64,000 nt of DNA, from positions 1,120,001-1,184,000 of the forward strand of contig CAXVYR010000004.1 of the NCBI GenBank assembly GCA_963666975.2, written 5' to 3'. Source of the stretch: Terriglobia bacterium. GTDB lineage: Bacteria; Acidobacteriota; Terriglobia; 2-12-FULL-54-10. The notes beneath the pieces were generated by a model. The model was given only the letters and a program-made list of their open reading frames with translations. It was not told the DNA's origin and searched no databases. Within the stretch, counting starts at the first letter, position 1, and each line of letters starts with the position of its first letter. The position numbers and the translations under genes were made by a program. Positions 9,485 through 19,554 of this stretch are shown piece after piece.

Positions 9485-11311
9485 TTAATGCGTCGGCTGC
9501 ATCCCGATTTCGCGGGCCAGCGACGGCGACAGATGTTCTACTTTGCCCCCCACCATCGTCATTAATGCGCGGATCGTGCGAATGTCGTCCAAAGGAACGG
9601 TCAGGTAATCCTTATCCATCACCACCAGGTCGGCCCATTTGCCCACCTCCAACGAGCCCAGCATATCCTCCCGCTTCGTGGCATAGCCCCCAAAAATAGT
9701 CGCCACCTTCAACATCGATTGCCGGTCTATCGCCAGCGCAGGCGCATAAATCGTTCCATTGTGATCCTTGTGCGTGAGAGCCGCGTAAAAAATATCGAAG
9801 AACGTCAAATCAGTGTATTCAATGGGACGGTCATTCTCGAAATTATTCATCACGCCAGCGGCAAACATAGCCTTCCGAGGAACGACCTGCGCCACGCCCC
9901 GCTCTCCATAATTCCGCATCACACTCCTGGCACCTCCGTCATACCAAGTGATGTCATACCCGCTGGTCATCATGCCCAGGTTCTTGAACCGCTGGATTTG
10001 GTCCGTGCGGGGATACATCCCCATGTGATTACTAATATGGCGCTTTTCTCGAATCTCCTCCAGCGTCATGCCCGCGTCATTGCTCGCCTTCTCAATGATG
10101 TCGAGCATCGTATCAACTTGGACATCCCCCGTCATGTGATTTCCCGACATCCTTCCGCCAGCCTTGATGAATTCATAAAGAGCCCTTTGAACAGCGGGCA
10201 GATCATAACGCATATTTGCGCAGGCCCGGTCATGCCTTTCTTGCCCCTCCGCAGTCGGCGTGAGCTTGCTGCATCCGCCGCCATGTTCCGGATCGATTCC
10301 GTCAAACCAAAAATAATCCGAACCCGAACCCACCATCGCGGCTAAAGCTTCTGTGAAATAGGAATCCACAAAGAAGTCGTTCCGAAACGGCCAGAACCAG
10401 GACCAGGCAAAACGCATGGCCAGCTGACCTCGCCGATCCAACGTACGGTAAGCGTGAAGCGTCGCTGGCGCGTACAATGACGTACCGTTCAACGTCTGCC
10501 CATATCCTGTATACCACGACAGGCCCAGACGGTAGATCTCCGTGATTTGCTCAGGAGTAAACACCACACCCGGTTCAGTATACCGATAACCGTTGCCCGT
10601 ATAGAAAGTTCTAGTGGTCGCCCCTGGAAAATTGCTAAGGGTCTCTCCATAGAATTTATCCATTGCCTCCATGCCTTTTTGGTTCACAATCGAACCCGTA
10701 AATCCCCAGCGAACTTGCACCGGATTATCGGGAGCAGCCAGGTCCAGCATTTGCTTGTTAATTTGCCTCCCTGAATACCCGGAGATTGCGATTCGCCAAT
10801 CCGGGTTGTAGTCTTTTCCGTAGAGAAGGACAATCCGAATCCATTTTTCCGGCGTGGGTTTGGCCTTTAAGGCTGCTTCTTCCAGCACTCGGGGAAATTG
10901 CCGCAGTACCTCATCGGGCGAGACATTTATAAACCGCTGAATGCTGTTATCGTCGTTGACAACTTTACTGACGATTTTTTCATTCAGTGTGTTCCAATCC
11001 TGCGGGTGATCGTGCGTCACGATAAAACCAGGAACGACGGTCCGCCCTTTCAGGTCGATTGATTCTGTATTCGTCCCAGCCAGACGACGGACACCCGCGT
11101 TGTTTCCTACCGCCACGATCTTTCCTTCCCGAATGGCCAGCGCCTGAGCGATGGTCCCCAGGTTTTCGTTCACCTCGTGGTTATCCACCGTGACAATTTT
11201 GCCGTTGTACAAAATCGTATCCGGAGCCTGTTGCTGAGCCCATCCCATCCCGCTACCGCACCACATTCCAGCTACTACCAGCAAAGCAAACACGATTATT
11301 TTCTTTGTCAT
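9485..11311 (-). CDS. Secreted amidohydrolase, YtcJ-like (paralog 2); conserved C-terminal 13 aa cut off by a 13-bp insertion
   Basis: RBS then MTKKIIVFALL signal peptide; PGFIVTHDHP, NHMTGD, SNH, ENDRP, LGSLEVGKWADLVV. The tail GAQVELGGPAAQW* is still encoded at 9436-9477, out of frame. Confidence 0.9.
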   Translation of the reverse strand: MTKKIIVFALLVVAGMWCGSGMGWAQQQAPDTILYNGKIVTVDNHEVNENLGTIAQALAIREGKIVAVGNNAGVRRLAGTNTESIDLKGRTVVPGFIVTHDHPQDWNTLNEKIVSKVVNDDNSIQRFINVSPDEVLRQFPRVLEEAALKAKPTPEKWIRIVLLYGKDYNPDWRIAISGYSGRQINKQMLDLAAPDNPVQVRWGFTGSIVNQKGMEAMDKFYGETLSNFPGATTRTFYTGNGYRYTEPGVVFTPEQITEIYRLGLSWYTGYGQTLNGTSLYAPATLHAYRTLDRRGQLAMRFAWSWFWPFRNDFFVDSYFTEALAAMVGSGSDYFWFDGIDPEHGGGCSKLTPTAEGQERHDRACANMRYDLPAVQRALYEFIKAGGRMSGNHMTGDVQVDTMLDIIEKASNDAGMTLEEIREKRHISNHMGMYPRTDQIQRFKNLGMMTSGYDITWYDGGARSVMRNYGERGVAQVVPRKAMFAAGVMNNFENDRPIEYTDLTFFDIFYAALTHKDHNGTIYAPALAIDRQSMLKVATIFGGYATKREDMLGSLEVGKWADLVVMDKDYLTVPLDDIRTIRALMTMVGGKVEHLSPSLAREIGMQPTH

Positions 11312-11392
11312 TGGACCCTCCCTTCCCATTTCGTGTGGGTTAAGTAGTTCGCCAATTCCTGACTCTCTTATCTTGTCTTCTTCTGTCTACAC

Positions 11393-13279
11393 TTACCAAC
11401 CCGGCGGAATCGATTCCTTCCACGTCGTAGGCCCCACCGGTTGCATCCCCACCTCGCGCGCCAACGAATCCCCTAGATGCACCGTCTTGCCTCCTACCAC
11501 TGTCATCAGCACTCTAATATTCGGAATGTCATCATCCGGAATCGCCAGAAAATCCCGGTCCAGCACCATGAAATCCGCAAACTTACCCGGCTCCAGCGTA
11601 CCTAACAGGTCTTCCCGCAGCATGTAGTAGGCACCCCAACGGGTATGCGCTTTCAACTGAATAATCCGGTCAGTCCTCTCCGCCGGCCCATAGACTTGTC
11701 CATCATTTTTGTTGACTCGAGTCATTCCCTTGTGAAGGAAAAGGAACACTTTCTCAGGCCGTGGCTTGTCAATCTCGGCGCTGGTCATCACCCCCGCCTC
11801 CGTCATGCTCTTGCGTGGGGCCGTCCAATTAGCATATTCAATTCCATACTTCTCGGCTTGATTCTTTGCGTTATCCGCCCACAAATAGGTGTTATTCTGG
11901 CTGGCCATCATTCCTAAATTCTTGATCCGCGGAATCTGATCCGGACGAGGAGCACCCGCGCCGTGGTCAAATGTATGGCGCTTCTCGCGAACTTGCTCCA
12001 AAGTCAGGCCAGCTTCCCGACTAGCCTCTTCAATAATGTCCATGAGATAGTCAATGTCTTTATCCCCACCGCTGTGCATCGTGGCAATCCGCAACCCCGC
12101 CTTTATGATGTCTTTCATCCTTTCTCTATACTGACTTCCCGGTTGAAAAATACATCGTGCTGCCTCGCTATCTGCGGCTTGCTGTCCGTTCTGCTCAATC
12201 CACTGCTGTCGGTGGGGAATAGTCATACAGTTGTACGCAGATCTGCCCCAAGCCCCTATGAGCCAGAGGTGATCAGTCCCATGACCCTGAATCGCCGCCA
12301 AGGTCCGTAAAGTATCTACTGCCCAGTTCGGTCCTGTATACCCCCAGCCAAACCGCGCAGGCATTTCCCCTCTCTTATCCAAGTAATCCAGCGCTTTCAA
12401 GTTCCCATAGGCGTAAGGAGAAGAACCATGGGTTGTAATCCCATAGCTGGCCCACAATTCGAATTGCGCCCCGAGAATCGCAGCCAGTATCGGTAGATCG
12501 TCTTTGAACATAATGTCTGCTGGGATATGCCGATTAAAGCCGCGCCCTTCCTTTAACCACCGGTCGAGAGGCAACATGCTGTTTTCCACAGTATCGGTAA
12601 TCACGGAAAACGTGGGATGCACTTCACGCGTTGCATCAATGGCTCGCTGGTTTAGTATCGAGGTGATAAACCCGTTTTTTACCGCCACCGGATTGTTGGG
12701 AGCTAGTTGGTCGAGCCAGGCTTTGGTGATGCTCTTGTTATACATTTCGTTAACTTCTTTCGACCACTGGTAATCCGTGCCGTAAGCAAAGCTGATCTGA
12801 ATCCACTGCCCGGGTTTGGCCTTGGCTACTGCCTCCGTCATGGTCGGTTCAAATTGTGCTAACTGCTCATTCGCAGGACCCCCTCGCAGCCAACGGTGAA
12901 TGATCACATCGTCATTGGGCAGAACGTGGGTAATCCCTCGCGGCTCCTGAAAAGCCCAATCGGTAGGATGTTCGTGGGTCATGATGAAGCCCGGCAGTAC
13001 GGTCCTTCCCTTCAGATCAACGGACCGGGTCTGTGGCCCAGCCAACGCTCGAATCTCCGTATCGCTCCCGGTCGCCAGAATCTTCCCATCACGGATAGCC
13101 AGTGCCTGCACAATGGTTCCGATACGGGACTCAAACGAGGTATCGTCCACCGTCACGATCTTGCCGTTGTAAACAATCAACTGCGGATAGCCCAGTCGGG
13201 CCGCCACATTTACTTGCTGTGCCCATCCCCACACGCTGCATAGAACTACCGCAAAAGCTATAGTCAATGTTTTCTTCAT
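11393..13279 (-). CDS. Secreted amidohydrolase, YtcJ-like (paralog 3)
   Basis: GAGGAG RBS before MKKTLTIAFAVV (ATG 13279); PGFIMTHEHP, MHSGGD, FDH, EIDKP, LGTLEPGKFADFMVLDRD. Confidence 0.9.
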   Translation of the reverse strand: MKKTLTIAFAVVLCSVWGWAQQVNVAARLGYPQLIVYNGKIVTVDDTSFESRIGTIVQALAIRDGKILATGSDTEIRALAGPQTRSVDLKGRTVLPGFIMTHEHPTDWAFQEPRGITHVLPNDDVIIHRWLRGGPANEQLAQFEPTMTEAVAKAKPGQWIQISFAYGTDYQWSKEVNEMYNKSITKAWLDQLAPNNPVAVKNGFITSILNQRAIDATREVHPTFSVITDTVENSMLPLDRWLKEGRGFNRHIPADIMFKDDLPILAAILGAQFELWASYGITTHGSSPYAYGNLKALDYLDKRGEMPARFGWGYTGPNWAVDTLRTLAAIQGHGTDHLWLIGAWGRSAYNCMTIPHRQQWIEQNGQQAADSEAARCIFQPGSQYRERMKDIIKAGLRIATMHSGGDKDIDYLMDIIEEASREAGLTLEQVREKRHTFDHGAGAPRPDQIPRIKNLGMMASQNNTYLWADNAKNQAEKYGIEYANWTAPRKSMTEAGVMTSAEIDKPRPEKVFLFLHKGMTRVNKNDGQVYGPAERTDRIIQLKAHTRWGAYYMLREDLLGTLEPGKFADFMVLDRDFLAIPDDDIPNIRVLMTVVGGKTVHLGDSLAREVGMQPVGPTTWKESIPPGW

Positions 13280-13445
13280 CTCACGTATCTCCTCAGCAAA
13301 AAGCTTTCCAAGCAAAAAGGCGCTTCCAGAAATAGCGCACCCCAAATAAGGTACCGCCCGTCGCGAAAGCACCCCTGTCTCTCTTCAGCCTTTCAGAACT
13401 CAAACCTTCAGCGCCAATTGAATCTGGTGTTTTTCACCTCGAAGC

Positions 13446-15305
13446 TTACCATTGAGCCGCCGGTCCGCCAAGTTCTACCTGGGCCCCGGTCGGTTGCATC
13501 CCGATCTCGCGGGCCAGAGATGGAACCAGATGGACTACTTTGCCGCCCACCATGGTCATCAAAACCCGTAGCTTTGGAATATCGTCTACAGGAACTGTGA
13601 GGTAGTCCTTGTCGAGCACTGCCAAGTCGGCCCACTTGCCGGACTCCAGAGAGCCGAGCTGATCCTCTTTCTTGGCGTAGTAAGCTCCCCAAATCGTTCC
13701 CGCCTTTAACATTACCTCCCGGCTCACTACTTGACCTGGTGCCCAGACCTTACCGTTTTTATCCTTCCGGGTAATCCCAATATGGAGAACGGTAAAGTAG
13801 GTCAGATCGGTGTATCCAATAGGCCGGTCAATCTCCACACTACTCATCACCCCGGCATCCAGCAGGCTTCTCCGTGGTTGTATCCATGCCACCGCCTGCT
13901 CTCCGTAATCATTAAATATCCGTTCTGCGTTCCCTTCCCAAAGGAACATGTTGTACCCACCTACCATCATGCCCAGATTCTTGAGCCGCTGGACCTGATC
14001 CGGTCGGGGACTCATCCCCATATGATCGTAGGCATGCCGTTTGGTTTTAATTTCTTCCAGAGTCAGCCCAGCGTCCTTGCTGGCTCTCTCGATGATATCC
14101 AGCATGTAATCTATGTCCTTGTCGCCTTCGGTGTGGATCCCTGTTAAACGTCCGCCTGCTTTGATCATATTATACAAGGCTAGCTCATTCGGAGTACTTG
14201 GAGCAAAAATGCAACTCCGTTCCCGCTGTTTCACCTCTGGGGTGGTGCCAGGCAATGTGGAGCAATTAAAAGAGCTCCCAGTCGGCCATAGTCCAACTAG
14301 CCAGAGATAGTCCGACCCTTTCCCTACCAAGGCGGACGCAGCCTCCGGAAGATAGGGGTCGACCCATAAATCAGGGCGGGGCCTCCACTGCCAAGTCCAG
14401 GGCACTCGAATCGCCATTTGTCCCCTCTGGTCCAGTGTGCGGTAAGCCGCAATAGCGGAGCCTGTGTAGAGACCCGAAGAGTTCAGAGTGACCCCATACC
14501 CTCCCATCCAGGACAGCCCCAGGCGGTAGATCTCTCGCAAATCATCCGGTGTGTAAATCACCTCCTGTTCCACCTCCCGATAGCAGACAGGACAGGTTCC
14601 TGTTTCCTCATCCCGTTCCGTTATGGGCGGAAAGACGAACTTTTGCCACATGTCCCCGTAGTGGTTCTTGTACTCGTCGATTGCCGGCTGGTTAAACAAG
14701 GTTCCCACAAAACCCCCTCGGACAATCACCGGATTATTGGGAGCGGCCAGATCCAGCATCTGTTTGTTAATCTGCCGCCCCAACATGGGCTGAATCTCAT
14801 CCCTCCACAGAAATTCTCTCCCATACAGCAGGCTAATCCGAACCCATTGGCCCGGCCTGGCCTTTTGGACGGCCTCCTGCAAAACCCCAGGAAATTCTTG
14901 TAACACTTCATCCGGGGCAACGTTTATAAACCGCTCGATATGCGTGTCGTCAGTTACTACTTTCTTTACGATATAGGGATTCAGCGGGTTCCAGTCCATC
15001 GGGTGATCATGAGTACCCGCAAAGCCTGGCAACACCATCCGACCCTTTAGGTCAATGCTCTTGGTATTGGAGCCTGCCAAGGCCCGAACCTGGGCGTTGG
15101 TTCCCACGGCCAGGATTGTATTGCCTCCGATGGCCAGAGCCTGAGCGAGGGTGCCTAAATCCTCATTAACCTCATGGTTGTCCACCGTCACGATTTTCCC
15201 ATTGTAGAGAATGGTATCCGGGGCTTGTTGAGCCCACAGGAGGTCCTGTGCAGCCCAAATGACACACACCATCAGCACAACTCGCAAAACCCATTGCCTT
15301 TTCAT
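13446..15305 (-). CDS. Secreted amidohydrolase, YtcJ-like (paralog 4)
   Basis: Signal peptide; PGFAGTHDHP, IHTEGD, YDH, EIDRP, LGSLESGKWADLAVLDKD; tail GAQVELGGPAAQW. Confidence 0.9.
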   Translation of the reverse strand: MKRQWVLRVVLMVCVIWAAQDLLWAQQAPDTILYNGKIVTVDNHEVNEDLGTLAQALAIGGNTILAVGTNAQVRALAGSNTKSIDLKGRMVLPGFAGTHDHPMDWNPLNPYIVKKVVTDDTHIERFINVAPDEVLQEFPGVLQEAVQKARPGQWVRISLLYGREFLWRDEIQPMLGRQINKQMLDLAAPNNPVIVRGGFVGTLFNQPAIDEYKNHYGDMWQKFVFPPITERDEETGTCPVCYREVEQEVIYTPDDLREIYRLGLSWMGGYGVTLNSSGLYTGSAIAAYRTLDQRGQMAIRVPWTWQWRPRPDLWVDPYLPEAASALVGKGSDYLWLVGLWPTGSSFNCSTLPGTTPEVKQRERSCIFAPSTPNELALYNMIKAGGRLTGIHTEGDKDIDYMLDIIERASKDAGLTLEEIKTKRHAYDHMGMSPRPDQVQRLKNLGMMVGGYNMFLWEGNAERIFNDYGEQAVAWIQPRRSLLDAGVMSSVEIDRPIGYTDLTYFTVLHIGITRKDKNGKVWAPGQVVSREVMLKAGTIWGAYYAKKEDQLGSLESGKWADLAVLDKDYLTVPVDDIPKLRVLMTMVGGKVVHLVPSLAREIGMQPTGAQVELGGPAAQW

Positions 15306-15494
15306 GATTCACCCCCTCGACTATTGTTAGCAGGTTAATCCCGAAGCTCCGAGTACAAAGTATACGCTTCCCCGTTATCGGTTCCATCTCTTTTCGCCTC
15401 TCTTGTTGCAAGGCCTCAATCCTGTCCCTAATTGATTTCCCCTCTCCCCTCGTGTAATCTTTTCCCGATCTATTCAATCTGGCGGGGTTAAAGC

Positions 15495-15614
15495 GTGCCC
15501 ATATCCCCAGGTGCCCGTCTTGGCTCTTACGAGGTCCTCAACCCACTAGGTGCGGGTGGTATGGGAGAAGTCTACAAGGCCAGGGACACTCGCCTGGACC
15601 GCACAGTAGCCATC
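15495..15614 (+). pseudogene. N-terminal 40 codons of a Ser/Thr kinase
   Basis: Translates (V/M)[39 protein letters not shown] and breaks just before the catalytic Lys. Confidence 0.88.
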
Positions 15615-15622
15615 ACCGTAAG

Positions 15623-16084
15623 ATGGAAATCAAGGAACATCTAAAGATCACCGGGACGGCCCTGAAAGGCTGGCTGATCGCCCAAGCCTACGATGCGCTG
15701 GCTGTGGGACTGCTTTGGCTGGTTGGATTGCTAGTCCTTGGCGTTCCCCTTGCACCCTTGTGGGCATTGCTCGGGGCCCTCTTCCAATTTATCCCTGTCA
15801 TCGGAATGGTGCTTGCACTGGTGGGACCTGCGGCGGCCACGGCGATCAGCGGCGAGTTGGAATTGACGCTGTATGTGGTGATCCTTTATGTCCTGATTGC
15901 CGCGATAGATGGCTTGCTGCTGCAGCCATATATGATCAAGCGAACTGTTCGAGTCCCAATCTGGGCTTCGATTCTCACGCCTCTAGTGCTGGGCATCTTC
16001 CTGAATGTTTGGGGAATCTTGCTGTCGATTCCCCTACTTGCGGTGATCTATGCGTATCGCGCGCATTACAGAGGAAGGTACTGA
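15623..16084 (+). CDS. Short AI-2E-family membrane protein (C-terminal half of the family)
   Basis: [45 protein letters not shown]. Confidence 0.8.
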   Translation: MEIKEHLKITGTALKGWLIAQAYDALAVGLLWLVGLLVLGVPLAPLWALLGALFQFIPVIGMVLALVGPAAATAISGELELTLYVVILYVLIAAIDGLLLQPYMIKRTVRVPIWASILTPLVLGIFLNVWGILLSIPLLAVIYAYRAHYRGRY

Positions 16085-16315
16085 CCAGGCCGATACCTTG
16101 TAGCGCCGCCAGTGAAAGAGGGTACATTACAGCCTGGGGCTGGGACTGTGATATAACGCTCTCACTGAGACTGGTACTAACAATCGGTCTGGTCACACCG
16201 GTGGCGCAAATGCGATCTTTAAGCTAACATCTAGGCTGGACCGCCCGGTGGGGGTCGGTCCGGCCCGCACCGGGTCGTTGGTGGGTATCAAACCAAAGAA
16301 CAGGGGAGACGCGTC

Positions 16316-17005
16316 GTGACCCATAGACACATCATTCTTGCCGCAGTCGCGGCCATCGCTTTGAGTTCGGCCGTTTTTTTTGCCCAGGGCCAGGAATCGC
16401 AGCCACCGCTGGGTTTCTTTGTCACGAGCACCACACATAATGGCAATCTCGGCGGCCTCGCCGGTGCCGACGCCGAGTGCCAACGTCTGGCGGGCGCTGT
16501 CGGCGCGGGCAATCGCACCTGGCGCGCTTATCTCAGCACCCAGGGCAGCCAAGCCGTGCCGGCCGTCAACGCACGTGATCGTATCGGCAACGGACCTTGG
16601 TACAATGCCAACGGAATCATGGTAGCGGCCAGCCTCGCAGATCTGCATGGCGATCTTCAGCGTGGCAGCAACCTCATCAATGTGAGAACTGCGGTAACGG
16701 AAGCTGGCGAGCTTGTGAACGGGTTCGGTCGTGCCGAGGGCACCCCGTCAGAACACGACATACTTACGGGATCGGATTCGCATGGTCGGGCATTTCCGCC
16801 AGGCCTGTCCAACCAAGGCGACGACCGCACTTGCAACAACTGGACGTCCGATAGCCCCGATGCCCATGCCATGATCGGTCACCATGACCGTATGAGTGGC
16901 TGGAATACATCGTGGAATTCATCGCACTCGACCGCGGGCTGTAGCCTAGCGGCGTTTAACGACACTGGCGGCGCTGGACGCTTTTATTGCTTCGCCGCTG
17001 ACTGA
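16316..17005 (+). CDS. Secreted lectin-like protein (DUF1554/endostatin-like C-type lectin fold)
   Basis: Signal peptide; FFVTS...GNLGGLAGADAECQRLA...WRAYLS...ARDRIGNGPW...TCNNWTS...FYCFA. Confidence 0.82.
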   Translation: MTHRHIILAAVAAIALSSAVFFAQGQESQPPLGFFVTSTTHNGNLGGLAGADAECQRLAGAVGAGNRTWRAYLSTQGSQAVPAVNARDRIGNGPWYNANGIMVAASLADLHGDLQRGSNLINVRTAVTEAGELVNGFGRAEGTPSEHDILTGSDSHGRAFPPGLSNQGDDRTCNNWTSDSPDAHAMIGHHDRMSGWNTSWNSSHSTAGCSLAAFNDTGGAGRFYCFAAD

Positions 17006-17238
17006 CACAGTGCGAATAGGGTATCGCTCGCCAGTGGTATTCCTAAGTGGGAGCTTTTTCGCGAGGGTTCACGGTCAGGCAGACGATCTTCAGATTGAAC
17101 TGCCAGGCATGCCAGGGGCACTCAAACTTCTCCGTCCAAGTACGCTTCCCCGGGCGGCCCACCACGATGGATGCAGATATTGTCGAGGGCGGGAATTATC
17201 CTTCAGCGGGCGTGTCTTCGGCGATTCCCCATGAGTAA

Positions 17239-17382
17239 CGTGCAGACTACGACGTCACACCCGACGGCCAGCGGTTCGTGATGGTCCAGCCCAGCGAGCA
17301 GCAACAGGAATCTTCGACCCAAATCAACGTCGGGCTGAACGGGTTTGAAGAGCTGTAGCAGCGGGTGCCTACAGGGAACTGA
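17239..17382 (+). pseudogene. C-terminal remnant of a kinase/TolB-like (PD40) repeat protein
   Basis: Translates RADYDVTPDGQRFVMVQ...QINVGLNGFEEL*QRVPTGN*, matching the recalled acidobacterial kinase tail YDVSPDGQRF...INVVLNWFEELK; internal TAG. Confidence 0.75.
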
Positions 17383-17424
17383 TGAGTCTGAAATCAGGCA
17401 GCCCGTTGTTTCGGTTAGAAGGGA

Positions 17425-17452
17425 GGGCTGGCGAGCGGTGCCAGCCCCTTTT
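17425..17452 (+). terminator. Probable intrinsic terminator
   Basis: GGGCTGGC-7 nt-GCCAGCCC followed by CTTTT, just after the kinase remnant stop. Confidence 0.5.
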
Positions 17453-17815
17453 GTGGATCAAGGTGAAATGTATTTGTCTCAGTCTACCGAATCTCAGAAA
17501 GCACACAATCGCCCGAAGGTCACTTTTTACCTGTGCCTTTTGTACTAGAGCGGTTCTCCAGTTGCTATCTACCGTGTCCGAGCCGCGACCACCTTGCGGC
17601 CACCACTCAACCGGCGCTCGTTTAAGTTGGATTCCGGTCACACCCGCGTCACAAGCACTATTTCGAAAGTTTCCGGGGACTATCGTGTGTTCCCTATTTT
17701 CGTCTTGAGCGAGTTAATTCGGACAACTCTCGATAATGCTCTAACCCCTTCAGAGACAGGGTCTTGAGCAATATCCCCACGAGGAATAATCGCCGGGATT
17801 GATAGCTGAAAATTC

Positions 17816-17892
17816 TGGCGCGCCCGGCCCGACTCGAACGGGCGACCTGCGGATTCGAAGTCCGACGCTCTATCCAACTGAGCTACGGGCGC
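17816..17892 (-). tRNA. tRNA-Arg (anticodon TCG)
   Basis: GCGCCCGTAGCTCAGTTGGATAGAGCGTCGGACTTCGAATCCGCAGGTCGCCCGTTCGAGTCGGGCCGGGCGCGCCA: 77 nt, full cloverleaf, encoded CCA. Confidence 0.95.
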
Positions 17893-18267
17893 GCATGTCT
17901 GTAACCACATATTATCTATGCGGTTGTGGGAAATCAAGGGTGTTGTCCGAAAGGTCGGTATGCACAATAATTGTGCAAACTGTCCGAAAACTGTCCGAGT
18001 TTCGAGGGTTGTCCCATACATAGTTGAAGGTTGAACGGCGGTTCGGCCCGAATCGAATAGAATCGGGCCAAGCCTAAATCCTATAGAAGGAGAACCGCCG
18101 AATGAAGGGAAAATATCACGTTTTGGAACTGGGTTCCAAGGGAGCCGAAGAAACCATCCAGAAGTTTTGCCAAACCAACGGACAGATGCCGTACGGTCCA
18201 AAAACTCGATCTGACTGAAACCATTGGGGGAGAGTTGCTGAGCTCGCCGGGGTGATAGAATTCACCA

Positions 18268-19346
18268 ATGAGAGCGGATTTGGATCCATTTCGATTTGTG
18301 GTGGTCGCCGTCGCTGGCTGGATGAACCAGCACCAACAGCATGTCATCGAGTATCTCGTGGAGGAGAATCGCGTTCTTCGAGAACAGCTCGGCGGTAGGC
18401 GATTGCGATTCAACGATGACCAGCGTCGTCGGCTAGCAGCCAAGGGAAAGCAACTGGGAAGAAAATTGCTGGCTCAGATTGCAACCGTTGTCACTCCGGA
18501 AACTTTGTTAACCTGGCACCGCAAGTTGATCGCCAAGAAATATGATGGCAGTGCGAACCGCCTGCCCGGACGACCTCGGAAGATTGCGGAGATGGAAACC
18601 ATAGTCGTTCGGATGGCCCAGGAGAATCGGGAATGGGGTTACCGGCGGATCCAAGGAGCCCTGGCGAACTTGGGACACGACCTCTCGCACGGCACCATTG
18701 CTAATATTCTGAAGCAACATGGCATCGAGCCAGCGCCAGAGCGCATTCGCAAGACGACATGGAAGGAGTTTCTCGCCCGGCACTGGGAACAGATTGTGGC
18801 CACGGACTTCTTCACGATTGAAGTGTGGACTCGGACGGGATTGCAGCGTTTTCTCGTGCTCTTCTTTATTGAACTCTCGACGCGGAGGGTGAAGGTCGGG
18901 GGAATCGCGAAGGTCGCGAATGGGTTATGGATGAGCCAGATCACGCGTAATCTCACCGACGCTGTGGATGGCTACTTCCTCGGGAAGCGTTACTGATCCA
19001 TGATCGAGACCCGTTGTACACGACAGAGTTTCTGAGCATGCTTGCGGACGTTGGCGTGAAGTCCGTAAAACTACCACCTCGGTCACCCAACCTGAACGCA
19101 TACGCGGAGCGGTTTGTGAGAACAATCAAGGAAAGCTGTCTGGAGCGCATGATCTTCTTTGGCGAAGGGTCATTGCGGACCGCCATCTCAGAGTTTCTTT
19201 CGCACTATCATTTGGAACGGAACCACCAGGGACTGGAAAACCGCCTGATCACTCCCATGGACACGACGATAGAAAGCTCCGGCACAGTGCAACGGCGACA
19301 GCGGCTGGGTGGCATGCTCAATTATTACTATCGCGAAGCGGCTTGA
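18268..19346 (+). mobile_element. rve/integrase-core DDE transposase, frameshifted near 18993
   Basis: AGWMNQHQQHVIEYL, WGYRRIQGAL, DFFT, (L)IHDRD, PRSPNLNAYAERFVRTIK, RLGGMLNYY. One C is missing in TAC-(C)TG. Probable left end CCGTACGGTCCAAAAACTCGATC at ~18189. Confidence 0.85.
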
Positions 19347-19554
19347 GGAGAGCGTAGCGTACGGTTTGTCTTGCGGCTCTTCCTTTGCTTCGTTAACCGG
19401 GAACCCTCCCAAATTGAACGTCTGAGCTGATCGTAACGGCAAGCCCGTCTGACGTTATACACGACGTGAATCACTCGCGCTGGAGAGTTGTATCCAAAGC
19501 TTCGATCAAAAATTGCGGGAGCTTCCGACCGACCACCGGTTTCGGTTTTTTATA

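Noticed and set aside
13280-13372. Apparent twin-arginine start MLSRRAV for amidohydrolase 3
   Set aside because: The ATG at 13279 has a good RBS and gives a Sec signal like its paralogs.
17555-17590. CTAGAGCGGTTCTCCA, possible IS end next to a REP scrap
   Set aside because: Too short, and no matching second end.
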